A DNA stretch of 63,482 bases from Catajapyx aquilonaris (GCA_000934665.2 JYFJ02000533.1:62001-125482), one strand, 5' to 3'. Counted from the first letter of the stretch, positions 1-15,487 are shown. Program-made: numbers and translations. The notes: generated from the sequence alone by a model not told the origin.

Positions 1-450
1 ACTTGAAATGCATATCCATTGCCACGAGCAATATCGTTTGTGTGCCAAAAGTTTTGGGGGAAAAAAATCCACCGATACGGCAATGCGCTAAACTATGAAA
101 CACATGCTAATGTTGTAAAAAAAAAGAAAACTGCAAACCTAAAAGTTAGTCATAATTATCTTAGAACGAAATAATAACGTAGAGTTGCACCTCTCGTTGA
201 ATGCAGAGTATCCTGCAAGTTAGACATCCTCTTTAACAAGGGAGTCACAAGGGTTGCTCTCAACTATTACCGGCAGGATAAAATGAGCATTCCTGTTTCA
301 TGTACTCAGGTGCTGAAACACTGATAAAATGCTCTGATAAACACCTGCACATGATATGAAGAATGAATTAAATCACATATTTTTGGACGTTGCTCTTTTT
401 GGGCAGAGCAATAATTTCGACATTGTAACCAGCTTGAAAACTTATTTCAG

Positions 451-2122
451 GAATCGGTGTGGGACTGGCTACGAACACGTCTTTCCTCCTGTTCACCAAC
501 TACTTCGAGAAACGCCGTGGACTTGCCAATGGCTTCTTCGTCGTGGGCAACTCCCTGGGAAATGCCTTGACCCCGCTGCTCATCACTTTCCTCCTGTACG
601 AATACAGGTTTCAGGGCACTCTCTTGATAGTGGGTGCCCTCATGCTCAACATATGCGTGTGTGCCTCCATTTTCCATCCGGTGGAGTGGCATCTGAAGGT
701 GGTGGTACCGGGCAAGGATGGAAAGGACAGGGTGCGATACGTCCGGAGGAAGAAGCACGAAATGGCTACTGCGGGTCGGAAACGGAACGGATTCATCCAG
801 GGTGACCATCCGCAACGGAATAGAAGCCGAAGCCGTACGTACAGCCTGATGTCCAACATACTTCTACCGGACATACCAGAGGAGACCAGCGAGGAGATAG
901 ACGTGGAGACTCCGACCGAGACCAAGAGCATTGTGTTTGAGAATAAGCCAGTGACTGTCGGTGATTTTGTACGGCCGTCGTACCGTCGAAGTGTGTCGGC
1001 TATGACCCCGAGCGAGTACAAACGCAAACGTGAGCAGACCAGTGTGGCCACTTCCAGTCAAAAATCGTTGTCCGAAAGCGTCGATTTTTTGGAGCATATC
1101 GGAAACCCGTTCAACTCCTTCGGCAGCTTGTCCTCTGTATACACGGCCAAGTACATGGAGTTCCACGAGCAGCAGCCGGCCGAGAGGATGAAATGCATGT
1201 CGTTGAGGTGTCCTGTGAGAGAGGTGCTGAAACTGATCGAGTTCTCTCTCCTGAAGGACCCCAGCTATGTCAACATGGCATTGGGAAGTTCCTTGGTCTT
1301 CACGGCCATACCCAACATGAACATGTTCCTTCCGATGTACTTGTACTCTCTTGGTTTTGACACTGAGGAGGTGGCTTTGTGCTTCACATGTGTGTTTGTG
1401 GTGGATCTGGTCAGTAAGGTGTTCTCTTCATGGCTGTCGGACTTGGGGTTGTACAAGAGGAGGCATGCATTTATGCTTGGAAGCCTGCTCATCAGTGCGA
1501 CTGTTTTTAGTTAGTACTAACTATCTTCAATTAATTGAGTGCGTGGATGGACGTCAAGAAAAATGTCTCCAAATAACTTTTCTTGCCTTCCATCTTCTCA
1601 GGTATCTTAAGCAATGTCGCTACCTGACACTCTAAATTATTTTTTTTGACAGGTTTGAGTTTCTTCAAGACCTACGGTATTCTGGTAGCTTGCAGCTCCA
1701 TGTACGGCGCAGCTCGCGGTCTGGTGTTTGCCAACATGTCGCTGATGTACGGCGAGAGGTACGGCATCGAGAAGCTGCCCTCAGCTTTTGGATTGGCCCA
1801 ACTTGTTCTCTGTGCGATCAGTCTTATTTCTAGTCCACTTATAGGTAAGGACAGTATGTCACCAAAGTCACTAAAAGCAAACTGCAAGTTTGGTGCAATG
1901 TTTTGCAAGAAGATGAGTTTCTTTTTGTGCTATTCAGGGCTTGTTACACGTTGTCATTGTCTTTCAGGATTGGTCCGGGACATAACTGGAAGCTTCTCCT
2001 TATGCCTTCAATTAGTGGCTCTTTGTCCACTAATATGCATAGTATGTTGGACTGTGGAAACGGTTGTCACCAGTTGCTGTCGAAAGAAACCGGAAGAGTC
2101 ACCTCCGCCTGAGCCCGTGTGA
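451..2122 (+). CDS. Monocarboxylate transporter (SLC16/MCT, MFS); last three exons ~451-1509, 1653-1844, 1968-2122; 5' exons lie upstream of the window
   Basis: The translation contains the MCT motif YFEKRRGLANG, then YRFQGTLLIVGALMLNICVCA, a long charged central loop, WLSD and YGIEKLPSAFG...GLVRDITGSF. GT-AG boundaries keep the frame. Confidence 0.88.
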
Positions 2123-2784
2123 TCCCATATTTTAGGCAGTAAAATGTTTTTTGGTGACTCAAAGTGTCACATTTCCTACCTGTCTGGTTGGTGAGAAAAA
2201 GTTCGTATGGACATTCTTTCGCCTTCAAAACCAAACCTAGACTGAGCCATGTGTGTGTTTCTGGTCAGCTTTTTTTCCTACAATGTTTAGGTGGCACATC
2301 GGGAAAGACTGATGTACTATACATAGATACTTGCAGTTGATTCGCAAGTTGTTACCTGTTATTTTTAAGACAAGAGTTGGACTATAAATTACGAAGCATA
2401 ATGTAATACAATAACGTCTTTTATTATTAAACAAAACTATGTAAAGTGAGTGACAACAATCACGTTATTGGAAAGGAGAGCAACAATAGCTCTATAGTTC
2501 ACATGTCACCTCCATTTTCTGAAGGTTTACAAGAAATCAATGTACAAGTGTGGTACATTTCATAAATAAAAATAGTCTTTTTTTTCTTTAGCTTATGTGC
2601 TTATACTATAGTTGGTTGCAGCCACGATGATGATCAGGTATTGCAATTTTATGATCCTGCTTCGATAGTTAAAAATAGCTGCACACAGTGGTACCTACCC
2701 AAGATTCACTTTGCATACTGATAAGTAGACTTCTGCACTGTTTATACAATAACTTTATGAAATTGTCAGGTCACATGAGAATAA

Positions 2785-4725
2785 TCACACTTCAACACCC
2801 GTTTTGTCCTTTTCTTCTTCTACTTCTGCTGCGGCTGCTTGTTGGCGCTGAAGCTTTTTCTTGTTGTGTCTCATCGCCAAAGGTTCCAGTACCCAGGCAA
2901 TAATGGCGATCCAAATAAATGCTGCCAGGAACCTCAAGCAGTCTCTGAAGTCTCCAGTTAAGTCTCGAATGAATCCTAAGGTAAAGGAAACAAAGGTCAC
3001 CGCAGGTCCCTAAAATGACAATGGGGTACTTACCCATGAGAGGTGTAATTGTAAAGGCACCGATCCCGTTGACCAAGAAGCACATGCCGTACGCTGGTGG
3101 AAGATTCTCCAGACCCATGTACTCTGACAACAGCACATATGTGAGGCCAGTGAGGCTTCCAGACCCAAATCCAAACACTGCAGAACTGACCAACATGGCC
3201 ACATGCTCTTGAGCCACGGATGCCACTGTTGAATAATGAAAAATAAGTTCACGAAGTTACACATTATTTTCTAACAGAGTACTTACTGATACATCCGATT
3301 GAGCAGGCCAAAGACCCGATGATGAAGAGATATTTGGTTCGGATGACTTTGAGATCAGAAAGTGCAGGCATCCCGAACCTGGCTGCCCAATCGGTGACCG
3401 CGGACACGGTCAGCAGCAAGGCAGACTCCTCCTTGCTGACCCCCAGCTGTCGACCCAGCGACGGGATGACCAGCAAAAAGTTCTGGAAGGTCATCCTCCC
3501 GCACAGGTTGGACACGGCCACTATCACAAACACGGGGTCAGCCAGGAACCTGAAGGCGTACACTTCCCCCAACACACGTTTGACCTTCCTCCAAGTTGTA
3601 TGGCCACTCTTGTTCTCCGGTTGTGTCACCGCCACATGCAACACGTCACCATTGTCTTTGGTCGGCCCGTCTTTATTGTTGCTGAGGAGGGCTATGTTGG
3701 ACATGGCCTGGTCCTTTAGAAAGTTCTTGCACAGTTCCTCTCCTTCTGCGCTGCTGGACAGAGACGGCTCCTTGTCCACTGATGTCGTCTCTTCTTCCGG
3801 TTCTGGAAGCAAGTGCTGCTCCACAGGGTGGTACATCATGGCTGCCACCAGCGAGTGAAGCACGATGCCTCCGTGCAGAAGGACAGCCCCGCTGTATCCG
3901 TACTCGGACAGGAGGTACCGGAGCAGCGAGGGAAGTGCCAGCTGACCTAGTGACCCTCCGCTCATGAATATCCCTGTGGCGGTGCCTCGTCGCCGTCGGA
4001 AGTACTTCTGGATTATTATGGTGCTTTGCGACACAGTGAAGGCCGTTCCCAAACCTAAATCAACAGTGGTTGTTACACTTGGTTACACTTTGTGGTACTT
4101 GGTTCCAACGAGAAACATACCTCCGAGGACGCCGTAGGTGAAGCAGAGAGCGATGAGGTTTGTGGTACAAGAGCTGAGCATGAGACCAACTGATCCTGAC
4201 AGGCCTCCGAACATGGCTAGGGAGCGATGGCCGAAGTATTCAGACATCATGCTTGCCCACGGAGCTGAAACAATAACAAACATCGTCGTTAAAATAGGAT
4301 CCTCCAGTTGTTGCTCTTTTCTTTCACATAAATATTATGCTTTGAAGACAGTAAAATTGACAAAAAAAACTAAATACAATTATTGTATTGAACAAAGTGC
4401 ACTTACTTCCTAAGCACCATGTGGCTGAAAATATAGCCGGAATCCACGCTGCTTCTGTCGAGTGCATCCCGTACGACTCAATCAGCTCAGCAAATATGAC
4501 TCCAAATGATGCCAAAATAGTTGGCAAAAGAGCCTGAAATCGCAATCCCAGAATGAACATTATTTATAACTTCACGTTGAAAATATTTACCTGTATGAAA
4601 CATGCCGATGCTGCCACAACCCAGCCCCAGCCCCCATCAGGAGCCCTGATTCCGATCGAGTCCAGCCTCTTCCTCTTGCTGGACCTCATTGTTGCCGATG
4701 GTGTCCTTTCGATGTACGTACTCAT
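2785..4725 (-). CDS. Monocarboxylate transporter (SLC16/MCT), multi-exon, convergent with the first MCT gene
   Basis: N-terminal MCT signature APDGGWGWVV, then KYFRRRRGTATG, YGYSGAVLLHGGIVLH, MGLENLPPAYG and GFIRDLTGDF. The start at ATG 4725 is probable; a 5' UTR exon may end at 5679. Confidence 0.9.
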
Positions 4726-7700
4726 GGTGCACGATTCCTGCACATGGGTATACAAAAGTTTAGTTCATGGCATTGAAACATCGAAGCTTCTTGAGCCCCC
4801 GAACGTCGAGGGCCGAATAATTATTTTTGGCAACGTGCATGTGTTTTGGGCTGTGAGTACACGTGAACATGGGGAACGTGACCAATTTAGATGCGATGCA
4901 ATTTTCGCAAGGGCGACGCGTATTTCCGGAAGAGAGGTCAAAAGGTGGAGAGGATGTTAACCTTTAGCTTGTAGTAAATACGATGATGCAAATTGCGGTG
5001 TACAGTACGTACACGTCATATCAATGTGGTTATTTGTACAAATGCGGGCAAGGTCAGGTGCATCAAACAGTGTGAAAAAATGACGTAAACATAGGCGATG
5101 GAGCTTGGAAAAACAACATGTTTTATGGCAATGTGTGACAAAGTTTCAGATAAAATTTTGTCCTTTTTTGTGACATTTATTTAAATCCCCAAATGGCAAA
5201 GTTCTAATTTAGGAAAAGTTTAATTCTACCTATAAATTGCAATGGCAACTGTAGCTGTACTTGATGCTGGTAATTCCATATTATTTTGTGCTGGGACGTG
5301 ATGTCAAACTTATTTCCAATTATGTATTTGTAATCACAACTCAAAATAAGACAGAATCATTTGTGCTAATACACGCGATAGTTTTATATTACATATTAAA
5401 TTTCTGACTTCCTTGGATATAGTATTGCAAAGTACAATAAATAATGCAAAGTGCTTATTATTATGCACATTGAACTTCATGAGTTTTATGTGCCATAATA
5501 TTATGATCTCAAGTCATTACTGACAGTGTTGCGTCATTTAAAAATGGACGTTTCGTATTAATTATAATGATAAATTGAAATATAATAACGAAGGTATAAT
5601 ATCTCCTCAGAATTCCCACAATTTTGCCCAATAAAAACGCACAAAACAAAAACTATGAAAGCAATAACTCGACCATACCTTTTCATCCGTGCAGTATCGG
5701 GCGTCTATTGAACCTCTTGCATTGATAGTCTATCTGGAATAAGAGTGACGTCCATTGAAGTGTCTGCCCTCGGACTCTCTCCGGTCTGCTTCCTGTTACT
5801 CACTGAAGAAATACTGGGCGGCCATCCATCCTTTAGATAACACTCTTGGTGTGTGCAACTCCTGCGCACGCACGAATAACGCTACAAATTAATTTCATAT
5901 CGCTTATAACCATTATCAGATTCGGGAGGAGGCATCAAAAATAATTGCAGAAAACAAATTGTGGAGTCAATATGAATATTGTAACAAATTCGTCTTGAGA
6001 TAGCAGAGACATGCAGCTTTTCTGATGAACTGTTGTTATGATCTGCATAACTGTATATGGAAAGATGTGCAACATTTGTCACCCTGCACATGTAAAACAT
6101 GAAGGTCACGTTATAGTTACAAATAGTACACAATGTGCTGCTTATACTATACAGTGGTTGTTAGCTTATCCAAAATATCTAGACCTTTCCTGTATTTGCA
6201 ATGACGTTCACATGTACACGTACTGTACGACTCCTACAGGTCACATAACAAGTCGATTGCTCTATAACACGTTTACCGTACATGATCGTATAATGTGCAG
6301 ATATGAGGAGGATAACTCTTTCATAATCAGCAGATCAACATCACACACAAAAAATGTGCCAGAGGTTATTGGAATAGTCTTGACACAAAATTTTCCTCAG
6401 AAGCAACTATGTCACTTGGGTCAATGTTAGCATTGTTGGTCCCCCCCTTAAGATTGCCAGAATATCTCATCACGTGACCCTCCTAACTGGTTCTAATCAC
6501 TGATGTTTGCTTACATTTTCTTGGACACTAGTTCTGCCTAAAGGCAAAATCTACTTATTGACAATATAAACCGGATCTAATCTTCTTTGTTTAGGGGGGG
6601 GACTCCTTATAGATAAAAACTCCATGATGACCAGCTGCAATTATATGTCTGAGTAGGTATAGGGTAAAGTTCACGCCTTGCGAACTGCCGAGGAGATCGT
6701 TGCCTCCTTCAAGTAATAAAATATATGCAAATACCCATTCAGTTATGCTGGGCAGATGCTATGTAAATACCAGCTATCCAACACGGAGAATATATTAGCT
6801 ACACAGTTGCTTTTAATACGCTGTATTATTGTTATATAACGTAATATTTAAAAAGGGGGCAGGTGACGTCAATGCTCAACATGTTGCGACAAAATATTCA
6901 TAATTGTTATTTGGAAATTGCTGGACCGTAGCCCCCTGTGGAACATAAACATGTTTTTTACGTCAATATTTATCGTAATGATAATTTAGGGGGTTTGGCA
7001 AGTACGCCACGAGTAATCTCCACCTGTGTTGATGTGCAAGGGTGTAAAGGGCGCAAATATATACTTGATTATCTATGGAGTTATCACACAAAAGCACAAT
7101 TGCACCACGTTTCGATCACGAGGATCATATAGCCCATGACCACTTTGCATGCCAATTTATTTGTGACATACTTTTAATAAACCGACATCTTATACATCCC
7201 TGATTATAAAGCCATGAAATGACAGGTAGTGTCGCATAGATTATATTAGTGCGATAAGAAGAGATGACCAAGTGTGTCAAGCCCATGGCCTTCCATAATG
7301 TCGTTGCAAGCGCCGAATTGATAATGGCGATAGCAATTACTACCATACAGTCGGCAATTTATTTCTGATCGCCTTGATCATTTTTTAAGTGTTCAAAGTG
7401 CACCGAGATAATTTATTATCTTGGGCAATAGCCTATACGTTACGGAGGCAAAAGACAGTGACACGCAATTTTGCAGTGGTGCGATTTTCATGTTAAATAC
7501 CTGTTTGTAAATTAAACTTCCTCGGTGTTTTATGGCATTTTAAAATAATTTTTATTAAAGCCGTCTACTGATTATCGCAATTTTTCGCAAATTTCCAATA
7601 AAAATTACTATTTGTCTAGTCGTAGGAAATATATATTACTGCCTGTAATGAAACAGGTTTCAAAATTTAAAATAATTGTGCATTCATAAGTAGGCTATAT

Positions 7701-8674
7701 CATGTCTCATCGCGAACACTAAATATCATAGTTAGACCTCATGAACTGTTAAATGTCTGTTAGCATCTCTGTTGATCTATACAGTACCCGATTGGCCTCC
7801 AGTAGGCCTATAATTATAGTATGCAAATTTTAAAATAAATACTGATACGCCCAAAAAATACAATTGATTTACCCTTCTCGATATGAAAGTAACTCTAAGT
7901 GCGCTACATTTCTAAGGTGTTTTAAAATACAACAAAAGTGACCCTTTTGAAAATCGACCAAATATTTTCTAGCACTTAAAAGACCATCGATCCTTTGCGT
8001 TCACACGTGGTATTTCCATCTGGACGTTATCCCAGCAACATGCGTCACCCAGCCTTGTTTGTTGTACAGAAAATCCAGACATTATCTCAAGAGTGTACAG
8101 TATATCCTTTTGCCTCTCTGATATCACCCCCTCTCTAGTCTTCAAGTTCAACGGTTCTATACTCAACCGATTATCTCCAAATTACGTGAATATCTGATCC
8201 GGCTGTTACCACAGTATTGAGTACGAGAAGGATCAATGATTCACTGGGGGTTTTTAAGAGCAATTAATCACTGTACCTGATGACACCTTACTTCAAAATA
8301 GAGCATTAGCTAGGCTACAGTGTGTATTACCAGTAGTTACATGCGACTGTTATGCAATATCTGTACTTAAGAAATTATTCTTAGCGTACCGGTATGGCAT
8401 ATGAACCCATCAGAACGTGTTTTTCTCGCACATTTTACGTCGATTGGCAATTTCAAATATGGCGCGCGTGAGAACAGGGATGCATCCTCAGGTTGTTCTG
8501 TCCTTGGCGATTGCGAATCTCGAAAGGTGCGCCAATTAACTCGGCAGCCATTTTCGAACAAGGTCGCACAGAGGAAAAAGGAATCGTCTTTTGTGCGTCT
8601 GTCTGTTTGTTTGTTTTTCTCCCTTATTTGCAACTGATTATGGTTGTCGCCGAGCTGCAGCTCATCATCAGGAA

Positions 8675-11600
8675 ATGAAGAGGGCCACGCCCAAGAAAAT
8701 GGTCATCTCACAGGACCGAAAAGGTTTGGCATTTAGGAGGGGGAAAAAAAAATTCATATACATGTTCAGGCCTAATGTTTACATCAGCATGTAATGAAAG
8801 TAAATTGCACTTTAAAAATTGAACAAGTGCTTAACTTTTTTAACAGGTACAAACTCTCTAAAAGGACTTCTGAGCCAGTACGACTCAGACAGCGACAATG
8901 AAGAAGCGGCAGAGCAGGACAAACCTTTAAACAACAAAGTCGCTGACTTCATGAAGGTTAGCTACAGAATCTGCTTAATTAGAACCTGCCGCTTAACAAT
9001 TATTGGCTTTCCCAGGAGATTGAGGCGATATCAAAAGACAAGACTGAGCCTAAGAGTAAGGAAGAGGAGCAGGAAGAATCGGAATGGCAGGAGTGTTACG
9101 ATGAAACGACTGGATATGGCTACTACTGGAACATGCATACCAATGAGGTTACGTGGGAGATACCGGAGGCGTATCAGAAATATTTGGACGGCCAGTCCAA
9201 GAAGGAATCGTGTCCGGGGCAAAAGAATGGATCCAAAAACAGCAAGAAGAGTGCACCAAAACACAGAGTGTCCCAAGATGGGTACGTCACAGTTGGTGCA
9301 ACTGTTTGTGGTCATTATTACGTCAACATTTATTTCAGCAAAATCGAACTCATCACTTCCTTTGGACCGTCATCTTCCGATTCTGATTCTGGATCCGAAG
9401 CGTCCCGGAAGCTAAAACAAAAGCTGAGCAAACTTTCATTGCCGGAGAAGGTTACTGCAACTGTGGAGTTAGCAAAGGGTGGCCCCACTGCAGAGCCAGC
9501 CAAATATGGTCCAGAACTTCCAGTTGAATACGTCCAAGGCAAGAATGGTCCACTCTTTCCGTCTGCTTCGAATTTGACGCAGTCTAGCGTTGTGGACAAG
9601 ACAAAGCAAGAATCCAGAGCCGTAACAAAGCAAGAATCCACCGTCGAAGAAAAGGGGAAAAAAGATGAAAAGTCACATCCGTTTCAATTGATAGCCGGTT
9701 ACGAGTCAGATGAAGAGGATCCGGAGACTGTGACTCCAAAGAAGCCTGTGATAAAGTTGGATCTGGATGATCAAGATGGTGTTTTGAGCCACCGCAACCA
9801 GCGAAGAAAGAAGCTAGAGGTGGACCCAAAGAGGACGGAGAAGAGCAGTGAGACCAAGATAAACTGGAGTGGGTTCTACTCCTCATCAGATGATTTTGGG
9901 GAGCCCACACGAAGGGGATTTGGGTTTGCTGTGCCATCCGACGACCTCCAGTCTGCGAGAGGAAGAGGTGGCGGAAGAGGACGAGGCAGCCTCGGGAAGA
10001 GGAACATAAATTTTATCAAGGCAGAGACGATGAATGCTTCTCAGGAGAAGCTAAATGACAGTAAGTTTATTTTTGTTTATGAGAAATATTACAATGGATG
10101 GCTCAGAAATTTAATTCGTGAACTATTTTGGAGTAAACTTTTTTTTCTCATAATACTACTGTGTTAATTAGTGATGTCATGTGTGGGAGGTATGACAGTC
10201 GAGGAAGAAGAGGAAGTTGAGTCAACTGCTGGAGAGCTGATGGACAGGTTGCGATGCTTTGAAGATGTGCAGGAAGTGAAGCCGCCACCACTAAGCACCT
10301 TACAGGTTCTTGCTCTTCAGACGCAGGTTGGTGAATGGCCAAATGAAATGAAATAATTCGAGGAAACTGTCCTCCTTATCCTAGTACATAATGTTTCGTG
10401 ATGAGACACTTGCCACTGCTCATGTTGCGTTCTTTCCAGACTCTCCTGGAGGCAAAGCGAGCAGGCGGCCTTCGTTCTGACTACCTCTCAGTGTGGGTGT
10501 CCCAATGCGAGTCTCGACTTGCAGGTCTGGAAAAGGAGGACTGGGTGGCACCGGCAGAGTGGTCATGCACTTGGGACAGGTACGCGCAAGTCATCAGAGC
10601 CATTTTGCCTCCACCATTCTCTCTCCACACTCTCTTTCTTTTTGGACTCATTTTCTTTTGTGGGCCCACATCCTACACCATTTTGTCCCCATACAATACA
10701 CCCCCTCAAAGAAAAAAAAGAGACACATGGGCTGGTAAAGAGGAACTGTGTGACCCAGACAAATGGAGGTTTTCAATGTTTGATTTGGAATCCAACTGTA
10801 AGTTTGGTTGGGGTGGACGTGGGTTGAGTTGGTGCGTATGTCTGGGTGTGACCACGAATTTTCCCACAACCAAGACGGCGCCTGGTATTTTTTTGTCACT
10901 GACAATTCAAGAAGATTGCCTGACTGATGAAGAGGACTCCCTGAGGGGTAACGTAATGTTCAATTTATCTGGAAGAAAAATAATAATCAAAAGGTGTTCT
11001 CATATTTCTTGTTGTTTTCTGGATTTATTCTTTGATCTTTTCCGACAGGTTTCGTTTCGAAGCATTGCATTGCAAGTGTGTGCCTGATCATCCAACCATT
11101 TCCTGCGTAACCAGCAGACAAACGAAGTTGTTGCCACCGATGTTGTTGTTGTTGTTCACCTTCCCCTTTTTAAAAATTCTTTTGGGGGTACCCAGGGTTG
11201 ACAGTTGATATGTGTCCCTGCAGTTATCAATGGGGGGTTTGGTCTAACGAAAAAAAAAAGTCAACTTATTTTTGCTTTTGACCAATTGCAAGTTTTAGGG
11301 CAGTGTGTTTTTCTCTTGGGAGATTTGGCAGGTTCTTCCCCCCCACCCCATACTGTTTTCTTTTTTTGTCCATTTGTTTTCCACTTCCCCGTCTTCTTCG
11401 GCTTGGGCCTCGACGTGCAGGTGCTCCAAACGCTATGTTTACCGTCACCAAGTCACGGGGGAAACTCAGGGGACCAGACCGACTGCAAAGCCGGAGCAGC
11501 CTGGTGATGGCACCGTTGGTGGCGACCCATCTGCGGTGATTGCAGCGGGAACAGGTGTCAGCAATGCAGGTCAGTGCAGCTTGCCTTTACATTGTGAAAC

Positions 11601-12646
11601 ATTTATAGTTGTTATTGTTAATAATGTACTGTTGTTTTTACACAGGAGCATTCGTGATTGTACAGCCGCCTCCGCCTCCACCGCCACCTCCACCGCCGCC
11701 ACCTTCCTCCCCACCACCTCCACCCCCACCGCTCCCACCTCAACCTCCCCCTCCTCCACCACCACCACCACCACCTCCTCCGCCAAGTGATTCACCTCCC
11801 CCGCTGCCTCCTCCTGACGAACCTGATTCTGAGCCACCACCTCCTGGAGAAGAACATTCCCTCCCTGCCACCCCGCCGCCTCCGGCAATAGCAATTCCCT
11901 CCGCTCCTGCCCCACCCCGCATCACTCCGGGACCCCCACTCCCTCCTCTTCCAGCATCTCCACCGCCGCCTCCTCCGCCCCTTCCACCAGATCCACAGAA
12001 CGTGGCTTTGGACATGGAGCTGGACTCCTTTTACACAGAGATATCTAGCATGGAGGTTAAGGAAGAGGCACCGCCAGTCCCAAGCACCGATGCAGCAGTG
12101 CAGGTCACACCGCCTGAAATGCCACCGTTACCTCCCCTGCCCCCGTCTCCACCCAAGGTGGCAAGGGTTGAATCGCCAGTTTGGGCTGCCAAAGAACCAG
12201 AGCCCCCCGTGAAGAAAAGGAAAAAGGTAATGACCTCCCATTTATGAGCATGCATAATTTGATGGTGTTATGCAATAATGGGTCAACCTATAAAAATGTC
12301 AAAATTGAGCTGAAATGAACATAATTATTCATAAATGAGCCTACTCAATCATGCTGGTGAAATCTGCATACTTCTGCCGAACTTAAAGATCACTGAATTA
12401 ATTTCGCAGGGATGACTTTCAAAGCCCTTTTTCTCAAAACTGTTCTCATGTGGGTTGACTCATTATTGCATAACACCGTCCAATTGTAACCACTTTTTAC
12501 ACTTAACTTACACGAATTTTGGTAATCCGTTTCAGACCAAGCTTGCGCCAGGACTCGCCCTCAAGAAGAAAGGTGTGTCGAGCCTAGTGGCAAAGTGGCA
12601 GCAAGTTCAGGAGGAAGTGAGGCGAGATATGAAAGACAGTTGCTGA
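8675..12646 (+). CDS. FNBP4: Formin-binding protein 4 (WW-domain spliceosome-associated protein), multi-exon; start codon uncertain
   Basis: LLSQYDSDSD, WW1 (WQECYDETTGYGYYWNMHTNEVTWEIP), WW2 split by intron 10580-11420 (WSCTWDR|CSKRYVYRHQVTGETQG), a poly-Pro tract, and the C-terminal LKKKGVSSLVAKWQQVQEEV typical of FNBP4. Confidence 0.85.
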
Positions 12647-13080
12647 ATGTAACAGTTTGATGAGGACCTGCACTGCCAGGGAACTTTGTGGACTCGCGAT
12701 TCATAACAAAATGAATGAGAACAAGAGTGTGAATGGTTTATAATTAGTTAGGAAAGCATAGTGCGAATAATATGCTGACTTTTTAAAATATTTGGATCTT
12801 GCCTTTTTTCCAAGTGTAGCTGTGAGTGCTGAGCGAATAAAAATTATACACACATTACATTTTTGTTAGTGTTACCCTTTCCTCCCACTGAAACATTTCA
12901 ATCCAACACAGACAGCATTGCAAGTGTGATGATCTCCGCATATGCCGCTCATAAGTGAAAGAAGTGTAGGATGTAACAACACCAAAGTTCATTATGCCTG
13001 CACCACCCTCTCTTTATTTTTCGGCTGTCATACAAAATGCCTTCGCTTTTTTTTTCTTCAAGGGAAGCTACAATTTTGAA

Positions 13081-14571
<1,491 letters not shown>

Positions 14572-15487
14572 GATTAGCTCCTAGATGTAACCCTTGGCAA
14601 GCCAAAACCCAACGACGGAACTGCCAGGCCTACTCTCCTCTACGCACAGGAAGCGGTGGTGTGGCATGGGCAGCACCAGGGTTGCCAGGTGGCGCTGCCA
14701 TCCCTAATTACACATAGTGAATAACTAGCACGTAACGTTTATTAATAACCGCGGTTTGTACTAAAAATATTTTAATTTAATATACATTAAATTGGACTGT
14801 AATGGAATGTTTAAACATTTCCTCTGGTGGCGTACTAGCCAATAGGATTCCAGCATGTTACAATTCCAACCAATAGCGGTATAGATGGATGAACAAGAGC
14901 GTATTCACACGGCACAATTGTGCACAGCGCAGTAATCCACACGAGTATTCCGCGCACTCATCGCCACTACACAATTCCCCCGTGTGAAACACATGACGCA
15001 TGCGCAGTGTCCACCATCAGAAAAATGCAGCCAATTTCTGACTCGGTCAATTTTTATCAAAAATAATTTCAATAAAATCATCAAAATGGACTCCAAATGC
15101 GATGTGCTGTCCTTCTGACCTCAGGTCAACGGTGGACCCTGGGACCCTGAAACATCCGGGCATGTAAACGCTCGGACGGGGAAGAGGGGGGCAAACATGG
15201 CGTCCGAGGAGTAGCCAAAGTAGGAGAAGAGAGAGAGAGAGAGATTCCCTTTTCGCCTCCTCCCAAGAGAGAAGATTTCATCTTGGGGAAACAATGAAGC
15301 TGGGGGAGGACAATGATGGAAACAGAGGAGGGTCTGGCCCCGTCTGAACGAGGACCGTGACCTGCTGTCTTGGATTATAGACCCCAGGACACAGGAGTTG
15401 GGAGGGGGTGTTCAGATTATTGAAGGGGGGGGAAATTATTAAATATAGAAGAGTAATATATTGTATTTATTCCGGATGGGTGACACG
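14572..15487. promoter_or_regulatory. Head-to-head (probably bidirectional) promoter and 5' leader region of RPS13 and PHRF1
   Basis: Divergent start codons under 1 kb apart, CCAAT motifs near 14840 and 14870, and a pyrimidine CTTCCT (TOP-like) on the minus strand near 14650. Confidence 0.5.

Noticed and set aside
6438..6604. Possible MITE bounded by GTCCCCCCCTTAA and TTAGGGGGGGGAC
   Set aside because: The inverted match is mostly a homopolymer, with no TSD and no second copy in the window.
10920..10960. Hammerhead ribozyme core (CTGATGA)
   Set aside because: No properly placed GAAA and no supporting stems, here or at the other CTGATGA sites I inspected.
10398..11087. 229-aa ORF as an independent gene
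   Set aside because: It is an FNBP4 exon reading through into intron sequence; the remainder has no recognisable protein features.
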